Origin: Synechococcus sp.
Lineage (GTDB): Bacteria; Cyanobacteriota; Cyanobacteriia; PCC-6307; Cyanobiaceae
DNA length: 64,000 nucleotides
NCBI GenBank assembly: GCA_047286205.1
Contig: JBJBBR010000001.1
Span: 517,373 to 581,372 of the forward strand
Direction: 5' to 3'
The position numbers and the translations under genes were made by a program. Shown one piece after another: positions 7,359 to 16,275 of the stretch. The notes beneath the pieces were generated by a model. It did no database searches. It saw only the letters and a program-made list of their open reading frames with translations, and had not been told where the DNA came from. Each line of letters begins with the position of its first letter. Within the stretch, counting starts at the first letter, position 1.

Positions 7359-8288
7359 TTGACGCTTCCGGTCGTCTATCACCCGCACTATTCAGCGCCG
7401 CTGCCAAGCACCCATCGCTTTCCGATGGCGAAATTCCGGATGCTGCATCAACTCCTGCTGGAGCAGGGGGTAATCCAGGCCGATCAGGTGCAGCGGCCCT
7501 TGAGCATCGCCCGCAAGGATCTGGAGAGCGTGCATACCCGTGCCTATCACGAAGCATTCAGCCGCGACCGCCTGACCCGGCCGGAGCAACGTCGTATCGG
7601 GCTTCCAGCCACGCGAGCGCTGGTGCAGCGCACCTGGCTCGCTGTGGGGGGCACCCTCCTGACGGCACGCCTGGCTCTTCAGCGGGGCCTGGCCTGTCAT
7701 CTCGCAGGTGGCACCCATCATGCCCACCCCGACTTCGGGAGCGGATTCTGCATCTTCAATGACTGTGCTGTCGCCGCACGGGTGTTGCTGATGACGGCAG
7801 AAGTGCGGCGGATTCTGATCATCGATCTCGACGTTCACCAGGGGGATGGTTCAGCGGCGTGCTTTCAGCACGACCCCAGGGTGACCACCCTCTCGGTGCA
7901 CGCAGCCAGCAATTTCCCCTTGCGCAAAGTGCGAGGGGATATCGACATCCCCCTCGCCGATGGCACCAGCGATGACGACTATCTCGCCGCCATTGCCGAC
8001 CGCTTGCCCGATGCCTTGGACAACACGGCGCCAGATTTGGTGCTGTTCAACGCGGGCGTCGATCCGCACCGCGATGATCGACTTGGCCGACTTGCCCTCA
8101 GCGATATGGGATTGATGATGCGGGATCGACTCGTGCTCGATGCCTGTCTGCGGCGCCGGATTCCCACAGCGACCATGATCGGCGGCGGCTATGACGCCCT
8201 TACCCCACTGGTGCAGCGTCACGCCATCGTGGTGCGTGCTGCTGCTGAGCAGGCTCGCTTGTTCGATCTGCCATCACTGAGGCCATGA
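7359..8288 (+). CDS. histone deacetylase-family amidohydrolase (AcuC/HDAC-like)
   Basis: LAGGTHHAHPDFGSGFCIFND and DLDVHQGDG are the class I/II HDAC Zn-site motifs. TTG start. Confidence 0.85.
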   Translation: MTLPVVYHPHYSAPLPSTHRFPMAKFRMLHQLLLEQGVIQADQVQRPLSIARKDLESVHTRAYHEAFSRDRLTRPEQRRIGLPATRALVQRTWLAVGGTLLTARLALQRGLACHLAGGTHHAHPDFGSGFCIFNDCAVAARVLLMTAEVRRILIIDLDVHQGDGSAACFQHDPRVTTLSVHAASNFPLRKVRGDIDIPLADGTSDDDYLAAIADRLPDALDNTAPDLVLFNAGVDPHRDDRLGRLALSDMGLMMRDRLVLDACLRRRIPTATMIGGGYDALTPLVQRHAIVVRAAAEQARLFDLPSLRP

Positions 8289-8851
8289 CTATGGCCCTAC
8301 CCCCCTGGAGACCTCTGCTGCGCGCGGCCCTGCAGCGGGAGGGGCGCTCGGTTGCCGCCCGCTGGGTGCAACTGGCCACGATGGGACGGGATGGAACACC
8401 CCGGGTGCGCACCCTGGTGTTCAGAGGCTGGGCCGGTATGGACCAACTCGAACTCTTCAGCGATGAACGCAGCGAGAAGGTGAAGGAACTCACTATCGAT
8501 GGGGCCACGGAACTGTGCTGGTTGTTTCCCAAAGCCAAGCAGCAGTACCGGCTTCGGGGCAGGGTGGGGCTGATCACAGCAACCGAGCAACCTGAGTTCT
8601 GTCAGCAACGCTGGCAGCAGCTCTCCGATACCGGGCGCGCTGTCTGGGGGTGGCCCACACCGGCAGATCCTCTTGATCGATCCGCAGTGTTCTCCGAGCA
8701 ACTCAGTGCGACGTCACCGCTGCCAGACCATTTCGTGGTGCTGCGACTTCAGGTGGACAGCGTCGAACGGCTCAACATTGGGCCGCATCCCCACCAACGC
8801 ACACGTTGGACAGCGACAACGCTCTGGCAGGAGCAAACGCTCAACCCCTGA
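8285..8851 (+). CDS. pyridoxamine 5'-phosphate oxidase-like FMN-binding protein
   Basis: ATMGRDGTPRVRTLVFRGW... together with the C-terminal HFVVLRLQVDSVERLNIGPHPHQRTRW resembles the PNPOx fold. ATGA overlap with the upstream gene. Confidence 0.7.
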   Translation: MTMALPPWRPLLRAALQREGRSVAARWVQLATMGRDGTPRVRTLVFRGWAGMDQLELFSDERSEKVKELTIDGATELCWLFPKAKQQYRLRGRVGLITATEQPEFCQQRWQQLSDTGRAVWGWPTPADPLDRSAVFSEQLSATSPLPDHFVVLRLQVDSVERLNIGPHPHQRTRWTATTLWQEQTLNP

Positions 8852-9199
8852 TCACCACCAACGCTCAACGCGACCAACGGACGGGCGGCCCGGTTTGCTG
8901 GGCACCGTTACCACCGACAACCGCTGCAGATCACGGCGGTAATCAAAACGGCAGAAGCCAACTCCCGTGCCGGAACAGGCCGAGAGGCTTTTGAGCGCAA
9001 CGGACGACCAACGTCGCTCCTCCGGCGTTGGCATTTTTTCAGGGGCGGGACGCCAGCCATCGGCAAGCAGGTGGCGGTTCGCCTCGAGGATGGTCTGCCT
9101 GGCACTGAGCTGCGGCTCAGGCCTGGCAAGGGCCGAACCGCCCATCAGCCAGGGCAGCAACAGTGACAAGAGAACACAACGTCCCATGGAGGGCCTCAT
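8852..9199 (-). CDS. secreted hypothetical protein
   Basis: Signal peptide MGRCVLLSLLLPWLMGGSALA. Cys-containing mature part. Confidence 0.5.
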   Translation of the reverse strand: MRPSMGRCVLLSLLLPWLMGGSALARPEPQLSARQTILEANRHLLADGWRPAPEKMPTPEERRWSSVALKSLSACSGTGVGFCRFDYRRDLQRLSVVTVPSKPGRPSVGRVERWW

Positions 9200-9245
9200 C
9201 CCTCTCTGCCCTAGCTATGGATCTATCCGGTGACCACTGAAATGG

Positions 9246-10247
9246 TCACCCTGCAGTGAGCTGAGCAAGGGGCTGGATGCTGAGGGCAATCCCAAGACTC
9301 ACCGCAACACCAACGGAGGCCTTCCAAAGATCCGTGCCGATGACCTTGGCGAGACTGCCCGCCTCAAGGTTGGTGAACACGACGTCAGATGTCTGCTGCT
9401 TGATTCGCAGAGCCAGCTCACGACCGCCGATCAGACCCAAAAACACCCAAGTGGTGCTGAGGGGGAAGCTGGAGAGGAAAGCCTTGTACAGGAGGCAGAG
9501 ACCGAACAACAGGTCAATCAGCGTGGCCGAACGCAAATCTGAGCTATTGGTCTTGGATCGGAGCACGGCCTGGATCGGCCCACCCCCAGTGGCCACCAAC
9601 ACACACAGGGCCACGCAGAGCACCAGCGTGCAGATGAGCATCGGGAGGACGTCCAGCTGGCGCGGCAGGAACACAAAGATGTTGGCCAGGTCCTGCACCA
9701 GCCACATGCACCAGAGAAAACCGGTGGAGAACCACTGCAGCCCATACCAGACCTTGCTGGGCTCCTTACCGTCCTGGGAACGTCGGAACACCCATCGCTC
9801 CAGCAGCCATAAACCCAGTCCATAGACCGCAAGGCCGCCGCCAAAGGCGAGGCCATATCCCGTCAGCGAGCTGCTGAGCAGCATGCCGATGTTGGCCGGC
9901 ATGAACGAGGACAACACCAGAAACGAGGTGCTCACCGGCGCCCCCCACTGGGTCAAGGCCACAACAGCAAGCGGTGGGAGCACATACACCCAGGTGAAGG
10001 GCTCGGGCCATGGAAACTCTTGGCCAGGAACGCTGAGCCGCCCCCATGTGGGATCACCGTTATTGAGGAACCAGCCCAACAGCAGCACTCCACATGTCAC
10101 CGTGCAGATGAACAGCATCTGCACCAGCTTCGGCGTACGTTTGCGGTTGGAGGAGAGGTAGGTGCCGAGGGTCTGGAGCGAGTCGTTCGCCACAACGGAA
10201 TAAGCCGCAAGCAGGAAGCCGACGATCATCCAGAGGCTGACGTCCAT
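9246..10247 (-). CDS. polytopic membrane protein, PiT (PHO4)-like
   Basis: About 10 hydrophobic segments. The N-terminal AAYSVVANDSLQTLGT resembles the GANDVAN motif of PiT phosphate permeases. Start taken at ATG MDVSLW (track TTG at 10259). Confidence 0.5.
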   Translation of the reverse strand: MDVSLWMIVGFLLAAYSVVANDSLQTLGTYLSSNRKRTPKLVQMLFICTVTCGVLLLGWFLNNGDPTWGRLSVPGQEFPWPEPFTWVYVLPPLAVVALTQWGAPVSTSFLVLSSFMPANIGMLLSSSLTGYGLAFGGGLAVYGLGLWLLERWVFRRSQDGKEPSKVWYGLQWFSTGFLWCMWLVQDLANIFVFLPRQLDVLPMLICTLVLCVALCVLVATGGGPIQAVLRSKTNSSDLRSATLIDLLFGLCLLYKAFLSSFPLSTTWVFLGLIGGRELALRIKQQTSDVVFTNLEAGSLAKVIGTDLWKASVGVAVSLGIALSIQPLAQLTAG

Positions 10248-10627
10248 GAATCTGATCAAGACGGTGGATTGACTCCGTTGTAGAGAGCCCTAAGAATCTG
10301 TCTTTCGATGCTGAATGTTGCGTGGTCGACGGTGATGCACCACCGGAGCGATTCGACCACGAAATCACGTTGACGGAGGATTTGGTGTTTAGCGATACAC
10401 ACCCGAATGTTTTAAGAACGAACGGATTTGATCTCAGCCAAGACTGAAGCCAAATCGCAGTTCCCGTCAGGCATCGCTCCGCCCGGCTTTCAAGCCCCTT
10501 AGGGGCTTGGCTCGGGCATCATGAGCCGAAAAGGTCGGAATTGCAGGTGAGACGGCGACGATTTTTCGACAATCACAAATTCCGTCCGAGACCGAAGATG
10601 GGACTGCTGAACGTCAAGGTTTTCCCA

Positions 10628-11128
10628 TCAGTTCACCACCTTCAAGGAGCGAATCTCAGACGCCTTAACCCAGCTGGCGAGTGCATCGATGTCAGCCCGT
10701 TCTGGAATGCAAATGCACCCCGTGCCGGGGTAACAACGGTGAATTCCCAGCGCACTGCGAGTGGTGTCAAAACGTGGGGTCAGATCAAACCACAGATCAT
10801 TTCCCCAGGGTTCCGGACGTCCCAGGCTGTACACGCCGGGGGGCAATGGGGCTGCATTGCCTGGGCTCCAGCGGCGATCAGCACTCTGGCGCCCGGCAAC
10901 ACCACTGGCCGCCGGCCAGCTGGCCAGCAAGCGCGCGCCTCGATGCAGTTCAACCTTCCATATGCGGTTGCCGTCCGGGAATCGCTCAGCCGTTCGGCGG
11001 GTACTGAGCCGGAGCCCCCCGCCTTGAAGCAGCGCTCTCGTGGGCCCCTGTTGCCCCGGAGGATCAGGGGCCGCCATAGCAACGGAACCCACAAGCACCA
11101 AAGGCAGCAGGAGTTCGTGGCGCAGCAT
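10628..11128 (-). CDS. L,D-transpeptidase (YkuD) domain protein
   Basis: ALGIHRCYPGTGCICIP matches the catalytic His...Gly-Cys signature. Signal-like MLRHELLLPLVLVGSVAMAA. Internal ATG chosen over the 232-aa track ORF. Confidence 0.7.
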   Translation of the reverse strand: MLRHELLLPLVLVGSVAMAAPDPPGQQGPTRALLQGGGLRLSTRRTAERFPDGNRIWKVELHRGARLLASWPAASGVAGRQSADRRWSPGNAAPLPPGVYSLGRPEPWGNDLWFDLTPRFDTTRSALGIHRCYPGTGCICIPERADIDALASWVKASEIRSLKVVN

Positions 11129-11138
11129 CACGATCAGG

Positions 11139-11909
11139 ATGAACGATGCCCCCACTTTGGGGCTGCCACCATGGCCTGCAGCAGACCAATCCATGGTGGA
11201 CGTTCTCGATCTGTTTCCCCGCTCCATTCTTCGGGGCACCCTGCCGGATCCTCTGCTCCAACAGCTGACTGCACTGAGCGAAAGCGTTCTCGCCAATCCT
11301 GATGCCAGCCCCGATGCATCGGCCAAGCTGGCAGGTCAACTGCGTCAGCAGCGCGAACTGCGTCCTGACCAGCCCGGCGTGCAGGAACTCAGCAACAACC
11401 ACCTGCTGCCAGCCTGTGATCGCTGGATCCGCCATGTGATGGATCGTCAGCCTCCCCAGGGTCGTGGCCCCTGGGTACCCGGTCGCTACCGCCTACAGAT
11501 GATTGATCTCTGGCTCAATTGCCAGACCGCAGGGGATTACAACCCCACCCACACCCACGGCGGCAGCTTTTCCGGGGTGATCTTTCTGAAGGTGCCACCC
11601 CAGATCAACGCCAATAGTTTTGATGGCCAACTCTGCTTCCACGGCCCGGAAGACTGGCATCTGCAATCTTTCCGCACCGGAATGGCGCACTATGTGCTGC
11701 CTGTCCCCGGTGAGTTCTATGTGTTCCCAGCCTGGCAACCCCATTCAGTGATGCCCTTTCGCGGCGATGGGGAACGCTGGTCGCTGGCCTTCAATGCCAT
11801 GGCAGCGCCGGGTGTTGCACCTGCAGCGATGCAGCAACCCACCCCCCAACAGCAACCCCTGGGCAACGTCTCACTTTCCAGTCAGCGCCCCACGGCCAAA
11901 GGATTCTGA
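11139..11909 (+). CDS. 2OG-Fe(II) oxygenase-like protein (TIGR02466-like)
   Basis: NPTHTHGGSFSGVIFLKVP and FPAWQPHSVMPF match the His-x-His...His pattern of this family, which is common in marine cyanobacteria and cyanophages (from memory). Alternative start ATG 11193. Confidence 0.6.
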   Translation: MNDAPTLGLPPWPAADQSMVDVLDLFPRSILRGTLPDPLLQQLTALSESVLANPDASPDASAKLAGQLRQQRELRPDQPGVQELSNNHLLPACDRWIRHVMDRQPPQGRGPWVPGRYRLQMIDLWLNCQTAGDYNPTHTHGGSFSGVIFLKVPPQINANSFDGQLCFHGPEDWHLQSFRTGMAHYVLPVPGEFYVFPAWQPHSVMPFRGDGERWSLAFNAMAAPGVAPAAMQQPTPQQQPLGNVSLSSQRPTAKGF

Positions 11910-11951
11910 GGGGAACTGTCAGAGTCTTCAGATTGCATCTGTTCAGGATTC

Positions 11952-12203
11952 ATGGGTGACACCGAGCCGCTCCAGCAGGCCAAAGCGATCGCATTGGCGC
12001 TGGAGCAGTTGGCCGATCAGTTACGCCCTGAGGTGATTCGTGCGGCGCGGCTGAATGACGACGGACGCCGGGATCTCGACCGAATCGAATACGCCCTGGG
12101 AACCATCGGCAAGGCGTTGATCCTGACGGACTATTCCATCGACGAAGAGAAGGACATCGACAAACTCAAGGCCTTCCGCGAATCGCAGAAGGGGATGGGC
12201 TGA
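11952..12203 (+). CDS. hypothetical protein (83 aa)
   Basis: Track ORF with an ATG start and acidic helical composition. Confidence 0.4.
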   Translation: MGDTEPLQQAKAIALALEQLADQLRPEVIRAARLNDDGRRDLDRIEYALGTIGKALILTDYSIDEEKDIDKLKAFRESQKGMG

Positions 12204-12205
12204 GC

Positions 12206-12973
12206 TCAGACGCTGGTCCAGCGCAGCACCTGGTGCTGTACGTCTCCCTCAGGCGTCACATCGAGAAGCCTGCCGCCGGGATCATCGGCGCGGCCCATGG
12301 GGCACGCCTGCACCGCTCTGAAACTGCAGAGCGTGGAGGGGCAACCCAGCAGCTGCACGTCAGGACGCGTTGCCCAGGTTCCCTGCCAATGCTGATGAAT
12401 GTGACCAAACAGAACGGCCCGCAGGGCGCGATGGGAACGCAGCAGTTCCTCAAGAGGATTTTGATCGAGGAGCCGAATCGCATCCATGCCGGCATCACCG
12501 ATGGCAATCGGTGGATGGTGAAGAGCGACCACCAGGGGCAGATCTCGGCGCTCCGAGCACTGCAGGCGCTGCGCCAGCCACTGAAGCTGAAGCGAGCCGA
12601 GCGCACCGGCAGCTGAACCCACCCGATGGCTGCTCAGCAGCAGCAGCCGTACACCCCGCACCAGCAGATCAGCGGGAGCTGTTGCCCACGTCCTCCCCAG
12701 CACCGCATCCAACAGCAGCGGGTGATCGTGGTTGCCGGGCAGCAAAGCGGCGTGGCAACGCACGTGCTTCATCAAGGCTCGCCTCAGCCGGACATACCCT
12801 CCCCAGCTCTCGTCCTGGCACAGGTCACCGGTGACCAGCACCAGATCAGGGTTCATGGCGCCACCAACCTGGAGAGCTCGCTCAAAATGAGCAAGGGCCG
12901 GCCGTCTCTGCACCAGCCCCTGATCAGCCGCCACCACATGTGGATCACTGAGTTGGAGGATCCGCATTGGCAT
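12206..12973 (-). CDS. metallophosphoesterase (CpdA/Icc-like)
   Basis: Ordered calcineurin-like motifs [21 protein letters not shown] and GHIH. Confidence 0.8.
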   Translation of the reverse strand: MPMRILQLSDPHVVAADQGLVQRRPALAHFERALQVGGAMNPDLVLVTGDLCQDESWGGYVRLRRALMKHVRCHAALLPGNHDHPLLLDAVLGRTWATAPADLLVRGVRLLLLSSHRVGSAAGALGSLQLQWLAQRLQCSERRDLPLVVALHHPPIAIGDAGMDAIRLLDQNPLEELLRSHRALRAVLFGHIHQHWQGTWATRPDVQLLGCPSTLCSFRAVQACPMGRADDPGGRLLDVTPEGDVQHQVLRWTSV

Positions 12974-13184
12974 CGCTCTCAGGGATGGACTGCCAGCCGC
13001 TGCTCCAACGGGTTGGATCCTTGAGCTCGCTCCAGAGAATCCTCTCGCGATGGGAAGGCTTCAGAACGGCGGCCAATTCCACCCAGCGCCGATCCCCACG
13101 GCCACCCTGCGTGATTAGCTCGAAATGGCGGTAACCGGCAACCGGGCTCTGGCTGGTCCAGGCCCGGGCAGGACGCCAAACCAT
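12945..13184 (-). CDS. hypothetical protein (79 aa)
   Basis: Its ATG overlaps the stop of the upstream gene (TGATG), and its 3' end overlaps the phosphoesterase start. This suggests a co-translated operon member. Confidence 0.4.
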   Translation of the reverse strand: MVWRPARAWTSQSPVAGYRHFELITQGGRGDRRWVELAAVLKPSHRERILWSELKDPTRWSSGWQSIPESDANADPPTQ

Positions 13185-13465
13185 CAGCTGGCGACGAAAA
13201 CCTGACTCATGGTGCTCTCAATCACATGCCCTGAAGCCGCGATCATGTCGGTGTTGTCGGCAATGAATTGCTCCATCACACCTGGAGCGGCTTGCATCAC
13301 GGCACACACCTTGGTGGGGTCGTCCTTGCTGACACCCCGGTAGAGGGAAGTAATGCCAGCAATTTTCTGCAGCGGCAGAGATGCGTCATAGGTGGCAACC
13401 CATTCGGCGAATGACTTGGTGATGGTGAAGGTGAGGACGTGGGTTTCCATCGACCAGAACGACAT
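13184..13465 (-). CDS. small conserved picocyanobacterial protein (DUF3764-like, from memory)
   Basis: 93-aa ORF METHVLTFTITKSFAEWVATYD...SLYRGVSKDDPTKV...SGHVIES. Confidence 0.5.
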   Translation of the reverse strand: MSFWSMETHVLTFTITKSFAEWVATYDASLPLQKIAGITSLYRGVSKDDPTKVCAVMQAAPGVMEQFIADNTDMIAASGHVIESTMSQVFVAS

Positions 13466-13595
13466 CGCGGGCGGACGCTATCACCAGAATTCCTCCGCCA
13501 GCATCGGCAACCGACGGGATCAGATCACGACCATGAAATGAAGCGGGACGGAACTCTCATTAAGGCCTACTATTGAGAACAAGCGAGGAAAAGCT

Positions 13596-14051
13596 GTGCC
13601 CACGTCCTCCGCGCCTGCCGCCACGGACATCACACTTCAGGAGGGGCTGCATCAGGACGGTCGTCGCCTGACCCCGCAGCGGAAACGCGTGCTTGAGCTG
13701 TTCGAACGCTGTGGCTCCGGTTGCCACCTCAGTGCCGAGGAGGTGCACCAGCAGCTGGCGGCACTGAAGATGAAGGTGTCACTGGCAACGGTGTATCGCA
13801 CCCTGCGCCTGCTGGCCGACATGGGACTGCTCCAAGAGCTGGAGCTGAGTGAAGGGGGTCGACGCTTCGAGCTCGCCGTTGACGATCACCGTCAACATCA
13901 TCATGTGGTTTGCATCCGCTGCGGTCGAACCGAAGAATTCGAAAGTGAATCCGTGCTTGCAGCTGGGGCTGCTGCCGCAGCCCATGTTGGCTTTCAATTG
14001 ATTGAATCCAGCCTGAATGTGCGTGCGATCTGCCCCAAGTGTCAGGGATGA
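13596..14051 (+). CDS. Fur-family metalloregulator (Fur/Zur/PerR, paralogue not resolvable)
   Basis: RLTPQRKRVLELF winged-helix N-domain, HHHVVCIRCGRTEEF and C-terminal CPKCQG metal sites. GTG start. Confidence 0.85.
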   Translation: MPTSSAPAATDITLQEGLHQDGRRLTPQRKRVLELFERCGSGCHLSAEEVHQQLAALKMKVSLATVYRTLRLLADMGLLQELELSEGGRRFELAVDDHRQHHHVVCIRCGRTEEFESESVLAAGAAAAAHVGFQLIESSLNVRAICPKCQG

Positions 14052-14066
14052 GTGCCTAACAGCTGC

Positions 14067-14264
14067 TCAATCAGCGCGAAATTCCTTGTCGTAGAGATCG
14101 GCCACAAGAAGCTCAATCAACTGCACGGAAACCAATTCTTTTTCCCGTCTCAAGGTGTTCAACAAAATTTGAACCTGTCGGTGATGCATCAATGACACTT
14201 CCCCCATCTCCATCCATCGGGCACTGAGAAGGGATTCAAGACGTTCGCGTGGCGACGATGTCAT
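14067..14264 (-). CDS. hypothetical protein (65 aa)
   Basis: Internal ATG (MTSSPRERLESLL...) of track ORF 14067..14402. Last gene of the minus-strand cluster. No motif recognised. Confidence 0.35.
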   Translation of the reverse strand: MTSSPRERLESLLSARWMEMGEVSLMHHRQVQILLNTLRREKELVSVQLIELLVADLYDKEFRAD

Positions 14265-14380
14265 CGGGTGCGCCCTGTTTCTCACACTGAAGCCAGCACC
14301 GCTGCCTCTGAAAAGGCGCCAGCAACAGAAGTCTTCCGAAGCTTTTGTGAAGCGAACCTCGGCGTCCTCCCTTAAGGCGC

Positions 14381-14776
14381 CTACTGAGGGTGGTCGTTGC
14401 AAGGCATCCAGTAACGATCACCCATGCGATGGACGCCCTCGCAACCCAAGCGGCGGGCCTGCTCCTCCGCTTCCTCCCGGCTGGGATAAGCCAGATAGCG
14501 CGGGTTGGTCGTGGAGCGGATCTGAATCAGACCCATGCTCATCGGGCCGGCAGTGATCACACCCATGGTGTTGACACCGACAGCCACCAATCCCATCCCA
14601 ACGATGGCGGCATTGATCACGCCCATCGCCACCACACCGATCGAAACCACCCCCATCGGCACGACACCAATGCAGATCACCCCCATCGGCACGATGCCGA
14701 TGGAGATGGTCCCCAGAGGTGCCACCCCAATCGCAATCCGCTTCGGCTTACTGCCGCAGTGCCCGCCTTCGCTCAT
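14381..14776 (-). CDS. Gly-pentad repeat protein with C-terminal Cys/His/Met motif domain
   Basis: N-terminal MSEGGHCGSKPK. Residues 14-86 are hydrophobic with Gly at every 5th position. C-terminal EEAEEQARRLGCEGVHRMGDRYWMPCNDH is paralogous to the neighbouring 73-aa protein. Confidence 0.7.
   Translation of the reverse strand: MSEGGHCGSKPKRIAIGVAPLGTISIGIVPMGVICIGVVPMGVVSIGVVAMGVINAAIVGMGLVAVGVNTMGVITAGPMSMGLIQIRSTTNPRYLAYPSREEAEEQARRLGCEGVHRMGDRYWMPCNDHPQ
14519..14737 (-). repeat. degenerate 30-bp coding tandem repeat (about 7 units)
   Basis: Encodes IAIGVAPLGT / ISIGIVPMGV / ICIGVVPMGV / VSIGVVAMGV / INAAIVGMGL / VAVGVNTMGV / ITAGPMSMGL. The periodicity is visible directly in the DNA (ccccatcggcacga... 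recurring). Confidence 0.75.
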
Positions 14777-14779
14777 GAA

Positions 14780-15001
14780 TCAGTGAGCTCCGTGGTGATC
14801 CGCTTCGGAGTGCTTGTCGCAGACCATCCACATCTCACCCATCTGGTGGGCACCCTTGCAGCCAAAGCCAGGGGCAGCAGCCTCTGCTTCAGCCTTCGTC
14901 TTGAACATCGCCTGCTTGGGCTTCCCGTCCGATTCAGCCATGGCCGCTGTCGCAGAGAGCATCAAAGCGACGACAGCGAAACAGATGCGTTGCAGCGGCA
15001 T
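14780..15001 (-). CDS. secreted small protein with GCxGxHxMG..WMxC..H motif and His-rich tail
   Basis: Signal peptide MPLQRICFAVVALMLSATAAMA, then KAEAEAAAPGFGCKGAHQMGEMWMVCDKHSEADHHGAH. Possibly DUF3721 (from memory). Its stop lies 3 nt before the next gene's start. Confidence 0.7.
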   Translation of the reverse strand: MPLQRICFAVVALMLSATAAMAESDGKPKQAMFKTKAEAEAAAPGFGCKGAHQMGEMWMVCDKHSEADHHGAH

Positions 15002-15043
15002 GGCCTCATCACAGATTCCACCACTATGCCCATGATGAGCAGA

Positions 15044-15988
15044 TCAGCCCTGAAGTGCTCCACCGCAACTTGACCCTGCGCCGGCAGTACAGCCAAAACA
15101 ATGCTGAGCCGTGTGGATGGGCTGATCCTCCGGGACGGCCTGGAGGCGCATCAGATCGCGGAGGTGACGGACCTTCCCGGGGCATGGAGAACCGAGCTGC
15201 TGATTGAAATCGCAGTCATAAAGGTGGCCCTGCCAATCCACACTGATCAGCTGACGGCACATCACCGCTCCGAGATTGCCGGGGTTGTGTGCTGCCTCCA
15301 AAAGGGTCTGGTAACGCTGCAACTCACCGTTGCGTTCAAGTTGCTTGGCGAAACGTTGGATGGGCATGTTGGCCAGCGTCAATAGACGATCAAACTGAAT
15401 CCCCAACCCAGCCAAGGCCTTCTTGTATTCAGCCTCCAAGGCCTGCTGGGGGGAAGGCAAGACCGGCCCCAGCGGGTTGTAGACGAGATCAAGCTGCCGG
15501 TTCGGATCGCCCGTTCCATAGCCCAGGGCATTGAGCTGTCGCAGCCCGCTGATGCTGCGTTCAAAAACCCCATCACCTCGCTGGCGATCAACATTCTCGG
15601 CGCTGTAACAGGGCAAGGAGGCGGTGATGCAAACCCCCTGCTCCGCCAGGAATTCAGCCAGGTCCTCCTGACCGGGTTCACTGAGGATCGTGAGATTGCA
15701 GCGGTCAATCACAGCGATGCCCCGTGATCGTGCCTGCCTCACCAGCTCGCGAAAGCCCGGGTGCAGCTCCGGCGCTCCCCCGGTGAGATCGAGGCAGGAG
15801 ATTCCATGGCGTTCAAGAATCTGCGGAATCAACGCCAAAAGATCCGCAGACATCATCTCGGTGCGGGTCGGCCCGGCATTGACATGGCAATGGGCACAGC
15901 TTTGGTTGCAGCGATACCCGAGATTGACCTGCAACGTTGTGAGCTGTCCGCGCTTCAGTGGCGGGAAAACGCTCTCTACGACAGTCAC
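15044..15988 (-). CDS. arsS: radical SAM/Cys-rich domain protein (ArsS-like, TIGR04167-like)
   Basis: CNQSCAHCH radical-SAM cluster motif near the N-terminus. C-terminal HCFGCTAGAGSSCGG is the Cys-rich tail characteristic of this family (from memory). GTG start. Confidence 0.75.
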   Translation of the reverse strand: MTVVESVFPPLKRGQLTTLQVNLGYRCNQSCAHCHVNAGPTRTEMMSADLLALIPQILERHGISCLDLTGGAPELHPGFRELVRQARSRGIAVIDRCNLTILSEPGQEDLAEFLAEQGVCITASLPCYSAENVDRQRGDGVFERSISGLRQLNALGYGTGDPNRQLDLVYNPLGPVLPSPQQALEAEYKKALAGLGIQFDRLLTLANMPIQRFAKQLERNGELQRYQTLLEAAHNPGNLGAVMCRQLISVDWQGHLYDCDFNQQLGSPCPGKVRHLRDLMRLQAVPEDQPIHTAQHCFGCTAGAGSSCGGALQG

Positions 15989-16065
15989 CGGCTCCAGGCG
16001 GGTAACGCTGATTCTTCCAGAACACTGTGCTGCACCAACACCACCGCTAATCCGCAGATCCGGCG

Positions 16066-16275
16066 TCAGCTATTGGACGAGAGCATTCCGCTGCGGCGGG
16101 ACTGATGGTCGAACTTGAGGCCGGTCACCGCATCCGTACAGATGGGTTCAGAGGCCGGCAGATCAACCCTGCAATGGGGAATCTGAGCTTCCATCACCGC
16201 TTGAACTGAGAGGACTGCAATCGGCAGCGCGGTGCCGCTGAGGACGGCGAGGACAGCCAAGGTTTTGGCGAACAT
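16066..16275 (-). CDS. small secreted protein
   Basis: Signal-like MFAKTLAVLAVLSGTALPIAVLS, with two Cys in the mature part. First ORF of the minus-strand cluster. Confidence 0.4.
   Translation of the reverse strand: MFAKTLAVLAVLSGTALPIAVLSVQAVMEAQIPHCRVDLPASEPICTDAVTGLKFDHQSRRSGMLSSNS

Noticed and set aside
10270-10420. Possible Pho boxes (CTTAGGGC, CTTAAAAC) upstream of the PiT-like gene
   Set aside because: Only isolated 8-mers about 100 nt apart were found. They do not form the tandem 8-bp repeats with 3-bp spacers required for a PhoB site.
14519-14737. Regular ~30-bp DNA periodicity that could be mistaken for a CRISPR array
   Set aside because: The units are contiguous, with no spacers. 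They are degenerate and in-frame within a coding sequence that encodes a peptide repeat.
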